The position numbers and the translations under genes are program-made. The notes under the pieces are model-generated. The model saw only the letters and a list, made by a program, of their open reading frames with translations. It did not search any database and was not told the origin of the DNA. A stretch of DNA of 64,000 bases from Candidatus Micrarchaeota archaeon (GTDB lineage Archaea > Micrarchaeota > Micrarchaeia > Micrarchaeales > Micrarchaeaceae). Shown piece after piece: positions 40,026 through 49,062 of this stretch; within the stretch, counting starts at the first letter, position 1; the number at the start of each line of letters is the position of its first letter. The DNA lies in contig JAJZAB010000001.1 of assembly GCA_021799635.1 (NCBI GenBank), positions 158,505-222,504 on the forward strand, read 5' to 3'.

Positions 40026-40508
40026 TCACTTTTTTTCCTCTTTTTCCTTGTTCGCCCCTTCCGCTTTCTTCTCGTGTTTTGGAGCGGCTTCTGGCTTTTC
40101 TGGTTTTTCTGTCTTTTCTGGCTTTTCAGCTTTGTGGGGACTTGCAGAGGTACCTGTTATCCTACCTGTAAGGTCCCTTATTGCCTGTGCTGCATTGCCC
40201 TGATTCTCAACTGCTATGGCGGCGCACGGCACGCTTAGACCTATAGACTTGCCGAGTTCTATCTTGCTTGGGACGTAGGTGAATGCTATCCTTTTCTGCT
40301 CGCACAGTGATGGTATGTGCATAACGACCTCTTCCGGCTCTACATCTGTGGCTATTACTACGAAAGACGCCATGCCCCTCTCTACGCTTTTCGTCACCTC
40401 GTTGGCGCCCTTCCTTACCGAGCCAGATTGCTTTGCCATCTGCAAAGCCTCGTACGTCTTCGAGACTACTTCTCCAGATACCTCAAACTTTATATAAGAT
40501 TTTGCCAT
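40026..40508 (-). CDS. rpl7ae: Ribosomal protein eL8 (L7Ae) with a charged C-terminal extension
   Basis: RKGANEVTKSVERG, DVEPEEVVMHIP, SKIELG. Confidence 0.96.
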   Translation of the reverse strand: MAKSYIKFEVSGEVVSKTYEALQMAKQSGSVRKGANEVTKSVERGMASFVVIATDVEPEEVVMHIPSLCEQKRIAFTYVPSKIELGKSIGLSVPCAAIAVENQGNAAQAIRDLTGRITGTSASPHKAEKPEKTEKPEKPEAAPKHEKKAEGANKEKEEKK

Positions 40509-40517
40509 ATATAACAC

Positions 40518-40539
40518 CTGTCGGTTTTACTTCATCCAG
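40518..40539 (-). promoter_or_regulatory. K-turn in the rpl7ae 5' UTR (L7Ae autoregulation)
   Basis: Minus strand CUG-GAU-GA-AGU-AAA-ACC-GA-CAG, overlapping the AGGTG SD. Confidence 0.75.
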
Positions 40540-40696
40540 TTTATATTATCGTAAAGAATCTGAGATTCTACAGTTCAGACTTGATAAAAAGACAGTAGAT
40601 ATCTTATTCATATAGCTATTTATACCTTGCGCAGCTCGGCCCAGTGCTCGGTGCAAAAGTATGCGCGTCGTATTTACCTGCAGCCGGGCTGTCAGC

Positions 40697-42889
40697 TTAC
40701 TCCATGAATTGCTCTGGCTTTGGAGGCTCCTCTGGCTGCCCCTTCCTTTTCCTTATTTCCCTTACTACCTTATTCTGAAGTTCTGCGGGCATCTTCTCAT
40801 AGCCAGCAAACTCGTTGTACCATATCGCCCTTCCCTGCGTCATGCCCCTGAGGTCGTTGGAGAAGCCCTTTATGACCTCAGCGACAGGCATTTTGGCAAG
40901 CAGCGATGCCTGGCCGCTCTCTTGCTCTATGTTGAGTATCTGGCCCCTCTTGCTTTGGAGGAAGGATATTATGTCTGACATGTAGTCCAGCGGTATGTTT
41001 ATTGTAAAGTTCTGCTTTGGTTCTAGCAGCATTACTCCGGAGCTGAGCATTCCTGCGTATATTGCCCTTTTGATAGCCGGAATTATCTGAGCTGGGCCTC
41101 TGTGGACCGGATCCTCGTGTATTGTGGCGTCTACTATGCTTACAAGCACGCCTGAGCACTTTTCCCTAGCTAGCGGCCCATCCTGCATGGCCTCGTTAAA
41201 TCCATCGATAAGCAGTTCCATTACCTCGTTCATGTACTGCACGCCCTTGGTTACATCTGCCAGCATGCACTTGTTGGTTATTTGCTCTATCTCTTTCGCT
41301 GTTGTCCTTTCAAGGCCTGCAGAAACCATGGCCTCTATTGTTGCCTGCCCTTTTGGCTTCCCTTCCCTTATTGCCCCTTCATCTATGGCCTTCTGCACGC
41401 CATCAGGAAGCGGCTCTACGGTTATGTAGAATTTTGTATGCTTGTTTGGCGATTTTCCTTCAACCGGGCCGAACTTCTTTTCTATCGTCTCGTGGTACAC
41501 TACTATAGGCTCGCTTGTGTCTATCGGTATGCCAAACTCGTCCCTAATCTTAGTTTCAACAGTTTCTAGATGCAGTTCTCCCATTCCGCTTATGAGGTGT
41601 TCCCCTGTCTCTTGATTTATCTCCACCTTGAGGGTCGGATCCTCCTTTGAAAGCACCCTGAGTGCCTCTATGAGCTTGGTCGTATCCCTTGAGTCTTTTC
41701 CCTCTATGGCTTTCGTAACAACAGGCTGTGAATAGTGCTTTATCTGCTCGAACGGCTCTATCAGGTTCTCGCTCAGCGTGTCTCCCACTGAAAGGTCCTT
41801 TACGCCTACTATAGCTGCTATGTTGCCTGCCGGTATCACATCCACAGTTACCTTGTCAGGTCCCATGTATATCCCGACCTGGGATACCTTCTGTACCTGT
41901 GACTTACCGGACACGTGCATTTCCATGCCCTTCCTTATTCCGCCGGAGAATACCCTGCCAACTGCAACTTCGCCGCTATGCTGGTCGTACTTTATTCCGA
42001 ATATTACTATGTTTGTCTTTGCATTTATCTCGGCGTCCAACATCGCCTTCCCGTCTGGGGTATTTAGGTCGCCGTGCCAGATCTGCGGTATCCTGTACGG
42101 CTGGGCCTCCTTTGGATTCGGAAGGTGTTCTACTACCATGGCAAGAGCGGCCTCATCTATCGGGCAAATCTGCTGCAGTTTCTGTATCTCATTTTTCTCC
42201 GTTAGGTCAAAGATATCCTTGAATGTTACCTTCCTTGTTTCCATTATTCTTTTTGATATGGCCCACTTCATCTTGGCAGAGCCGAACGCCACGCTCCCCC
42301 CTTCGACACTCACCTTCCACTTATCCGCGAATTCCTTGGGGGCGAACTGCTCTATCATGGTGTTTATGTCATTTATCAGTTTAAGCAGCCTTTGAAATGT
42401 TTGTTCCTGTGTGAGCCTGAGCTCTGTAAGGAGCCTGTCTACCTTGTTGAAGAACAGCACCGGCTTGGCCTTCTCCTTCATGGCCTGCCGCAGCACGGTC
42501 TCTGTCTGTGGCATTATCCCCTCTACAGGGTCAACCACGAGTATAACACCGTCTATTGCTCGCATTGCTCTTGTCACGTGGCCGCCGAAGTCCACGTGCC
42601 CTGGGGTATCTATTAGGTTGATTATGTAGTCTTCATCCTTATAGTTGAATCCGAATGATATGTATGCCGATTTTATGGTCATTCTCCTGTCCTTCTCTAT
42701 ATCCTCGTAGTTTGTATATAGTACATCTCCTGCCACGCTTTTTGATATCAGACCGGCCATAGCCAATAGGGAATCTGTTAGTGTAGTCTTTCCGTGGTGC
42801 ACATGCGCTATTATTCCTACGTTCCTTATGTGCTTGTGGTCGTTCATCATCTTGGCTACTTCATCAACTATGTATTCCTTTTTGACCAT
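40697..42889 (-). CDS. fusA: Translation elongation factor aEF-2
   Basis: DTPGHVDF, NKVD, GMGELHLE, diphthamide loop HEDPVHRGPAQ. P-loop variant AHVHHGKTT. Confidence 0.97.
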   Translation of the reverse strand: MVKKEYIVDEVAKMMNDHKHIRNVGIIAHVHHGKTTLTDSLLAMAGLISKSVAGDVLYTNYEDIEKDRRMTIKSAYISFGFNYKDEDYIINLIDTPGHVDFGGHVTRAMRAIDGVILVVDPVEGIMPQTETVLRQAMKEKAKPVLFFNKVDRLLTELRLTQEQTFQRLLKLINDINTMIEQFAPKEFADKWKVSVEGGSVAFGSAKMKWAISKRIMETRKVTFKDIFDLTEKNEIQKLQQICPIDEAALAMVVEHLPNPKEAQPYRIPQIWHGDLNTPDGKAMLDAEINAKTNIVIFGIKYDQHSGEVAVGRVFSGGIRKGMEMHVSGKSQVQKVSQVGIYMGPDKVTVDVIPAGNIAAIVGVKDLSVGDTLSENLIEPFEQIKHYSQPVVTKAIEGKDSRDTTKLIEALRVLSKEDPTLKVEINQETGEHLISGMGELHLETVETKIRDEFGIPIDTSEPIVVYHETIEKKFGPVEGKSPNKHTKFYITVEPLPDGVQKAIDEGAIREGKPKGQATIEAMVSAGLERTTAKEIEQITNKCMLADVTKGVQYMNEVMELLIDGFNEAMQDGPLAREKCSGVLVSIVDATIHEDPVHRGPAQIIPAIKRAIYAGMLSSGVMLLEPKQNFTINIPLDYMSDIISFLQSKRGQILNIEQESGQASLLAKMPVAEVIKGFSNDLRGMTQGRAIWYNEFAGYEKMPAELQNKVVREIRKRKGQPEEPPKPEQFME

Positions 42890-42913
42890 ATAACATCACT
42901 ATACCTAAACTGG

Positions 42914-43678
42914 CTACTTGGCGCTCCTTGCCATCCTTTCTGTCTCATTTTTCCTCTTTATAGCGTAACTGTTGACATCGTTGTTTGAGGCTAGGATTAG
43001 TTCATTTGCCATTGACTGCGCAATGGTTCTCTTGTTTCTAAAGGCGCTTGTAACCGTGGCCATGCCTATATTCCTGAGCGCAACATCAAGCCTTCTGCTG
43101 GCGCTTATGTCTACTGCCACATTGGATACTATGCCTCCGTACCTTACCCTCGTTGTGTCCTCTATGGGGGCGCTGTTCTCCAAGGCCATCACAAGTATCT
43201 GTATTGGATTCTTGCCCGTCTGCCTGCTTATGATGCCGAATGCTTCATCGATTGTCTTCATCGCCTTTATCTTCTTGCCCTGCATCCTTCCTTTGGTCCT
43301 TATCACTCTGCCTCCAACTTTTCCTCCTGTGCCGCCACGCATTATAGAATTTTCAAGCCTCTCTATTATGTTTACGTTTGATTTGTGAAATTGGTTCTGG
43401 CTTTTTCTCCCAAAAGAGTGCGGATATGATATTGGTGTGAGGTTTATGTAGTTTCGCAGGCTCTGATCCAAAACCTCAATTCCGTCATAGCTATATTTGC
43501 CGAAAAGCAGCACCGGGCCCGACTTTATGTGCATTTCTTTTTGCGGCGCAGCACCCTGTGGGGCAGTTTTTGCAGGCTTTCTTGCAGCCTTTTTCGGCTT
43601 AGCCTCTGCGGCGCCGGGAGCCACTGCATCGGCCTTTACTGGATCAATCTTTTCATCATTAAGCTGTTCTCCGGGCAT
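42914..43678 (-). CDS. rps7: 30S ribosomal protein uS7 with an Ala/Pro/Lys-rich N-terminal extension
   Basis: NPIQIL..ALENSAP.EDTTRVRYGG, RRLDVALRNI, ERMARSA. Confidence 0.96.
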   Translation of the reverse strand: MPGEQLNDEKIDPVKADAVAPGAAEAKPKKAARKPAKTAPQGAAPQKEMHIKSGPVLLFGKYSYDGIEVLDQSLRNYINLTPISYPHSFGRKSQNQFHKSNVNIIERLENSIMRGGTGGKVGGRVIRTKGRMQGKKIKAMKTIDEAFGIISRQTGKNPIQILVMALENSAPIEDTTRVRYGGIVSNVAVDISASRRLDVALRNIGMATVTSAFRNKRTIAQSMANELILASNNDVNSYAIKRKNETERMARSAK

Positions 43679-43682
43679 TGAA

Positions 43683-44111
43683 TCATCTCTTCTGCTTCTC
43701 CTGCTTGCCCTTTATTATCTGCACTAGGTTGGTACCATTTACTTCAACAACCTTATACTTCCATCCCGGTATGCAGCCCATCTGCCCCCTCTGGGAGCCT
43801 CCCAGACCCTCTATTGTAACCTCATCGTGCTCGTCTATGAAGCTTATAGATCCGTCCCCTGGCACGTAGCATCCTACAACCTTTCCGTTTTTGATGAGTT
43901 GTGCCTTGACGCCCTTTATCTGGCCCGAATGGGGCTGTTTCTGCTCTACCGATATCTTTTGAAGAACCAGGGCCTTGGCTCTTGGAACTGTACCCATGGC
44001 ATCATACTTCTGTTTCAGCTTAAGCTTTTTCCTTTTTAGCCATTTCTTTAGCATCCTCTGGTGCTTTCTCTGCCTTAGCAGTTTCCTTGCTGCAAATTCT
44101 CCGTTTGGCAT
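43683..44111 (-). CDS. rps12: 30S ribosomal protein uS12
   Basis: GEFAARKL, EQKQPHS, QLIKNGK, PGDG, IDEHDEV. Confidence 0.96.
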   Translation of the reverse strand: MPNGEFAARKLLRQRKHQRMLKKWLKRKKLKLKQKYDAMGTVPRAKALVLQKISVEQKQPHSGQIKGVKAQLIKNGKVVGCYVPGDGSISFIDEHDEVTIEGLGGSQRGQMGCIPGWKYKVVEVNGTNLVQIIKGKQEKQKR

Positions 44112-44122
44112 TGTAATCCTCT

Positions 44123-44416
44123 TTAGTATTTAAGTATATTCGAATTTCCCGGTTCTATTATTGATAATACGGAAACTGAGAAGGGTTTGCCGCACACGGC
44201 GCCGAGCTCTACCGGGTTGCCATCAAATTTCAGCAATTTTATTTCAGCTACGCCGGCTACGTGTACAATATCCCTCAACCTTGAAGTTTCGCTACTCTTG
44301 GCTAATATTATAAGCTTTGCATCATTCCTTTTTATAGACTTTGTCACCATGTTCATGCCTATGGCTACCTTGCCGCTGTCTACAGCTAAACGTATATCAT
44401 TGGTTAAGTCCGTCAT
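44123..44416 (-). CDS. rpl30e: 50S ribosomal protein eL30
   Basis: AVDSGKVAIG, ELGAVCGKPF, IIEPGNSNIL. Confidence 0.95.
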   Translation of the reverse strand: MTDLTNDIRLAVDSGKVAIGMNMVTKSIKRNDAKLIILAKSSETSRLRDIVHVAGVAEIKLLKFDGNPVELGAVCGKPFSVSVLSIIEPGNSNILKY

Positions 44417-44530
44417 AAACCATCCCGGGCTAAAGTTTGGTGACTTCCTTTAATCCTATAAGGCACAAACAGCAGGATGATTAATATGTAGAGCAAAAAT
44501 ATATAAATATTGATAAATCGCGTTTTGACG

Positions 44531-45532
44531 CTAGTCCTGTAGAACGTAGTTGCAGCCTTGCGGCTGGGTTATTGCACCGCTCAGTATAAGCTTGAAATAG
44601 CCAAGGTAGGGTATCCTTGCTATCACTTTACCTTCAACATTGCTTTGGTTTGATGGAATGTTGGAATACTGCATGTCCAGGCCTGGGTTGTTATCCCCTT
44701 TGGTCAGGTAATAGGACTCCCCATCGGCATTAATTATTGCATAGACCCTGTGTACCACGTAGCTGTCCCCCTCCCTGTAGAATAAATCCTGCGGCAGGGT
44801 TTTGTATACTATTATGGTGTTGTTGTTATCCCCTTTTATCACAGTGGTGCCTATGGTTATCGAAGTGAGGGCTGCCTCCTGCATTGTTGTGCCGTTATTG
44901 AAAACTACGCTTGTGGTGCCGCATTGGTATTTGACCAGGTTGTTCTGCTGCTGCGAGTATGGCACTATTACGCCGCCGGTGCCTTCCGGCTTGAAAAGCC
45001 CTATGGAGTAACCGGGCAGAAGCACCTGTGAAATGTTTACTGCGGCGCCATTTACATCGTATGCAACGCACTCCAGCGATTCGTTATTTATATTTTTTAG
45101 CATTTTCTGCATGGCTGCAGCAGTTACATCTACAGTTGGAGCCTTTATTGTACTGGAATTTGCACCTTTAAGGACTATCATATCCCCTCGCTGCAGATAC
45201 GGAAGCATGCTGCAGCTCGGCACGGCATCTAACGGGTAGTTTGTATGCAGTATTATTTTAAGTGAAAACCACGCAATCACTACCAGTACTATGGCCCCCA
45301 CCATTTCCAGGAGGTTCTTTATCCTGTCTTCCTGCTGCGAGCCGTTTATAACCTCTATAATCAGGAGGGCAAATATTAGGATAAAAGTTGCACTGCCGAA
45401 TGCCGTAGCTAGCGCGCCAATCTTCTGGTAAAAAATGTACAATAGAAATACTACAACAAGAAGCACGTAAAGAGGCCACGTTGTTATAAGCTCCTTACTG
45501 TTGACGCGTTTTTTATCCTTTTTACCTGCCAA
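44531..45532 (-). CDS. Signal peptidase I (S26, Sec11-like) with a large extracellular insertion
   Basis: VPSCSMLPYLQRGD, VVHRV, TKGDNN. Three N-terminal TM helices. Confidence 0.88.
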   Translation of the reverse strand: MAGKKDKKRVNSKELITTWPLYVLLVVVFLLYIFYQKIGALATAFGSATFILIFALLIIEVINGSQQEDRIKNLLEMVGAIVLVVIAWFSLKIILHTNYPLDAVPSCSMLPYLQRGDMIVLKGANSSTIKAPTVDVTAAAMQKMLKNINNESLECVAYDVNGAAVNISQVLLPGYSIGLFKPEGTGGVIVPYSQQQNNLVKYQCGTTSVVFNNGTTMQEAALTSITIGTTVIKGDNNNTIIVYKTLPQDLFYREGDSYVVHRVYAIINADGESYYLTKGDNNPGLDMQYSNIPSNQSNVEGKVIARIPYLGYFKLILSGAITQPQGCNYVLQD

Positions 45533-48500
45533 CTATGCCACCGATTGACCATTCTTGCTTGACACTTTTATACCTACCACTTTCGAATACGTGTCCTGCT
45601 GCGTCACCCCTATTGCCGTGTCCGCAGCCGCTATCAAAGAATCGTTGTGGCTGACTAATATAAACTGGGAGTTCTTGCTCAGCTCTTTTATTAGCTTCGA
45701 CAGCTTCTTTGAATTTTCCTTGTCAAGCGATACGTCTATTTCATCAAATATATAAAATGCCATTGGTTTGCGCATCTGTATTGAGAAGATGAGCAGGAGG
45801 AGTATTAGGGACTTCTGCCCTCCGGATAGCTCCTCCAACGACTTATTTTTCTTGCCTGCCATCTGTATGTTGAACTGCAGCTTGGAATTGAAAGGATCGG
45901 ATTTGTTATCTAGGTGTATGCTGGCAGACCCATCAAATATGTGCGAGTAGAGATCGCTGAAGTTTTTGTTTATTTGATCAAAAGTATCGTTAAAAACATT
46001 CAGTTTTTTGGAGTCTATCTCGCTTATCATGGCTAGTATTGACTCCTTTTCCGTTGAAAGGGTGGCAAGCCTGCGCGTGGCCTCATCAACGTCGTTCTTC
46101 TTTTGGAGATATGCTTCTGGGGCCTTTAGGTTTATGTTACCGAGAAGTTCTATCTCGTGCTTGTATTCGACCAGCATTTTCTCAAGCTCCTCAGTGTTGT
46201 CGTGCTCAATGGCCTCTACGCCGCTGTAGGAAAGCAGTTCGGCTTTTATGTCGCTTAGCCTTGTCTGGTGCTGGAGCCGCTTCGACTCTGATTCCATTAT
46301 GTCCCTTTCAAGCTTATCCCTATCGCTTGATAGCCTGCCCTTCCTGAATCCCATATTTGAAAGTTTCTCGTCAGATTCCTGCAGCTCCTTGAGGAGAGTC
46401 GCAGAGCTTTGGCTGTGGCTTTTTATTTTACTCTGAATCTCTACCTTTTTCTTGTTGTAGTTTGATATTTCTGCCTCACATTCACTCTTTTTTGAGAAAA
46501 GATCCTTGATCGCCAGCTCTTCCTCATCCACCTCCTTAATTATGTATTTTATCCTTTCGCTATTCATTTCGTTTTCTTTTTCAAATGAGGCGATGGCAAC
46601 CTTGTTAGTCTCTATCTTTTCCCTTAGCCCTTTTATATCATGCCCGTCTTTCGACTGTGACTTGCCTCCGTTCCTGCCTGATATCATCTTATTAATCGAT
46701 GAATATAGCCTGTCTGACTCTGCCTTCACACCCTCGATCGCCTTCTCGATGTCTATTTTCTTTTTCGCAAATGCAGCCTTTGCGTTGTCTAGGGAAAGAA
46801 GTCTCTGACCCTCCGCCTCAACCTCTTTGAACAACCTTTCCATTGCGCCTTGGAGTTTTTCCACCTCTTGCTTGGAGCGGCTGGCATTCGCATTGATTCC
46901 TGAAATCTTTATCTCTAATGAGGATATCTCCTTTCTTATCTTTTCTTCCTTGGTTGAAAACTCTGCGATATTTTTTGTTATCTCTGCCCTTTCCATTTCC
47001 AGCCTCTTTAGCTTCGATTCCAGTAGCAATGGCTGCTGGTAGTTTATCTTGCCTCCGGTAACAACGCCGGATTGGTCTACAAGCTCACCGTCCAGAGTTA
47101 CAAACCTGTGCTTCCCTATTCCAACGGCCTTCGCTTCCTTGATTGTTGCTGCTATGAAAGTGTTAGAAAATATGTACTCGAATGCTTTTCGGTACTTCTC
47201 ATCGAACGTGACCACTTCTATGAGCGGCTTCAGTCTGATTTTTTTGTCCATTTGGCTTGATATTATTTCATCTAATGGTATGAACGATGTCCTTCCAAGG
47301 CTGTTTTCTTTCAGCAGCTCTATGGCTCTGTTTGCATCCGATATAGAGTTGGTTATGATGTAGTTAAGCCTTGACGACGCGGCCGCATAGACTGCGTTTG
47401 CATATTTCTCTTCATAACTGCACAGGTCGGCGGCCTTGCCTAAAATCCCCTTCGGAATCTTTGACATCAAGAATCCAGCTATTTTATCCTGATTCCTTCC
47501 CGAGACCGCCAAGGCTTCCCTCAGATTAATTTTATCCGAATCTATATTTGATATCTGCTCCTGCAATTTTTGTATTTCCGATCTGCACGAATCGAAAAGC
47601 TTTAACTGATTTTCTAAACCCTGATTGAGTTCAGATAGTTCCGTTTCTAGCATGCCCAGCTCTTGCACCTTTGCTGAGTGCTCTTTCTTTAATCCCGAAA
47701 TCTCATCATTTTTACCGATTATTGATTTTTCTATGGCCGATGCTTCGGATTTCATTTCTGCGTATTCTGAATTTGCCACAGCCAGTTCATTTTCAAGAAT
47801 GCTTAGCTTTTTTTGATATTCGTAGTAGGAATCAGCTATTTCCCTCCCACCTACAACCATTGTATCAGTATCAATAGAGCTGAGCTCCTGCGTTTTTTTC
47901 TCCAGCTCTTCCTTTATCATTGCTATTTCCTCAATGTTTAAGGAGATTTTCTGCGAAAGCCTGTCCTTCTCCCCTTTCAAGGCCATTATCTTCTCCTTTC
48001 CCTGCGCTATCGCGGAATCTGTGTTTGCTATCTGGATTTCCATTATTTTTATACCGGAATTGATTTCTTCGAATATCTTGTTGGTTGTGCTCAGCTCTAT
48101 GGAGCCCTCGTTCATCTTTTTTGACAGCTTTTCTTTGTATGAAGTTGTGCTGGATATTTCATCTTCGATTGACTTAATTTCATCCTCCAGCTCTTTTTTT
48201 CTGCTGGAGAATTTTTCATAGTCGGCCACCGCCTTTTTGTATTCATCCGCTATTTCTTCCTCCCTATCCTTTAGAATCGTGTAGCTGATGCTTTTTATTT
48301 TCCCTGACAGGTCTATGTACCTTTCCGCGTCGGCCTTTTCCTTCTCAAGTTCTTTTAGAAAACCCTGCCTTTCGCTTAGCATTATGTTAGACTCGCTTAT
48401 TTTTGCTTCGACTTTATCAAGCTCTTTTATTGCAGCGTCCTTTTTGTCATCAAACTCCTTTATACCAGCGGCCACGTCTATAAGCTCCCTCCTTTCTTTG

Positions 48501-48943
48501 GGTGACAGGTTCAGTATCCTTGTTATCTCGCCCTGGGTTATTGTGTTTGTCTCATTTATCTCAGCTTTGTGCATCCTCAAAACATCTATTATGTCCTGCC
48601 GTGCCGCCCTGCGTCCGTTTATCCTGTACGCTATTTTGTTGTTTGACTTGATTATCCTGGCTATGTCTATATCTTCATCGCCGGATAGGAAGACGTGCAC
48701 GTATGCCCTCTTTACCCCATCCTCTTTCTTTGGCTTCGCCACTGCATTTATGAGGCTTGCTGAAGAGGCAACCCTCAGCCTTTTTAGGGACGTCTCCCCA
48801 AGAGAAAACAGGATTGCATCGCATATGTTTGACTTACCGGAGCCATTTGGGCCTACTATGCAACTGAACCCTTGACCGAAGCTTATGTTTTCGTGGCGGA
48901 AAGACTTAAAATTGTGTATTGTAATCCTATTCAAATATAGCAT
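45533..48943 (-). CDS. smc: Chromosome segregation protein SMC
   Basis: NFKSF, GPNGSGKSN, hinge GRTSFIPL...VTLDGE, LSGGQKS, FDEID. ATG 48943 follows AGGTG + 5 nt. Confidence 0.96.
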   Translation of the reverse strand: MLYLNRITIHNFKSFRHENISFGQGFSCIVGPNGSGKSNICDAILFSLGETSLKRLRVASSASLINAVAKPKKEDGVKRAYVHVFLSGDEDIDIARIIKSNNKIAYRINGRRAARQDIIDVLRMHKAEINETNTITQGEITRILNLSPKERRELIDVAAGIKEFDDKKDAAIKELDKVEAKISESNIMLSERQGFLKELEKEKADAERYIDLSGKIKSISYTILKDREEEIADEYKKAVADYEKFSSRKKELEDEIKSIEDEISSTTSYKEKLSKKMNEGSIELSTTNKIFEEINSGIKIMEIQIANTDSAIAQGKEKIMALKGEKDRLSQKISLNIEEIAMIKEELEKKTQELSSIDTDTMVVGGREIADSYYEYQKKLSILENELAVANSEYAEMKSEASAIEKSIIGKNDEISGLKKEHSAKVQELGMLETELSELNQGLENQLKLFDSCRSEIQKLQEQISNIDSDKINLREALAVSGRNQDKIAGFLMSKIPKGILGKAADLCSYEEKYANAVYAAASSRLNYIITNSISDANRAIELLKENSLGRTSFIPLDEIISSQMDKKIRLKPLIEVVTFDEKYRKAFEYIFSNTFIAATIKEAKAVGIGKHRFVTLDGELVDQSGVVTGGKINYQQPLLLESKLKRLEMERAEITKNIAEFSTKEEKIRKEISSLEIKISGINANASRSKQEVEKLQGAMERLFKEVEAEGQRLLSLDNAKAAFAKKKIDIEKAIEGVKAESDRLYSSINKMISGRNGGKSQSKDGHDIKGLREKIETNKVAIASFEKENEMNSERIKYIIKEVDEEELAIKDLFSKKSECEAEISNYNKKKVEIQSKIKSHSQSSATLLKELQESDEKLSNMGFRKGRLSSDRDKLERDIMESESKRLQHQTRLSDIKAELLSYSGVEAIEHDNTEELEKMLVEYKHEIELLGNINLKAPEAYLQKKNDVDEATRRLATLSTEKESILAMISEIDSKKLNVFNDTFDQINKNFSDLYSHIFDGSASIHLDNKSDPFNSKLQFNIQMAGKKNKSLEELSGGQKSLILLLLIFSIQMRKPMAFYIFDEIDVSLDKENSKKLSKLIKELSKNSQFILVSHNDSLIAAADTAIGVTQQDTYSKVVGIKVSSKNGQSVA

Positions 48944-49062
48944 TCCTGCACCTTTGGTCGCCAATGCACGTTTAATTAGATGCCAATTGCACTATTTATT
49001 ACTTTTGTTGATGATTGTTAATGGTTTGATAGCAGACGTCGCGTAACTAATTTCCAGGACCC

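Noticed and set aside
40060..40130. 9-bp tandem repeats (TTTTCTGG-like)
   Set aside because: They encode the EKP tail of L7Ae and are not a CRISPR array or an independent repeat element.
40632..40691. CAGCTCGGC...GCCGGGCTG inverted repeat after fusA
   Set aside because: A single 9-bp stem with a long loop and no other RNA motif. It could be a 3' UTR structure but nothing else supports it.
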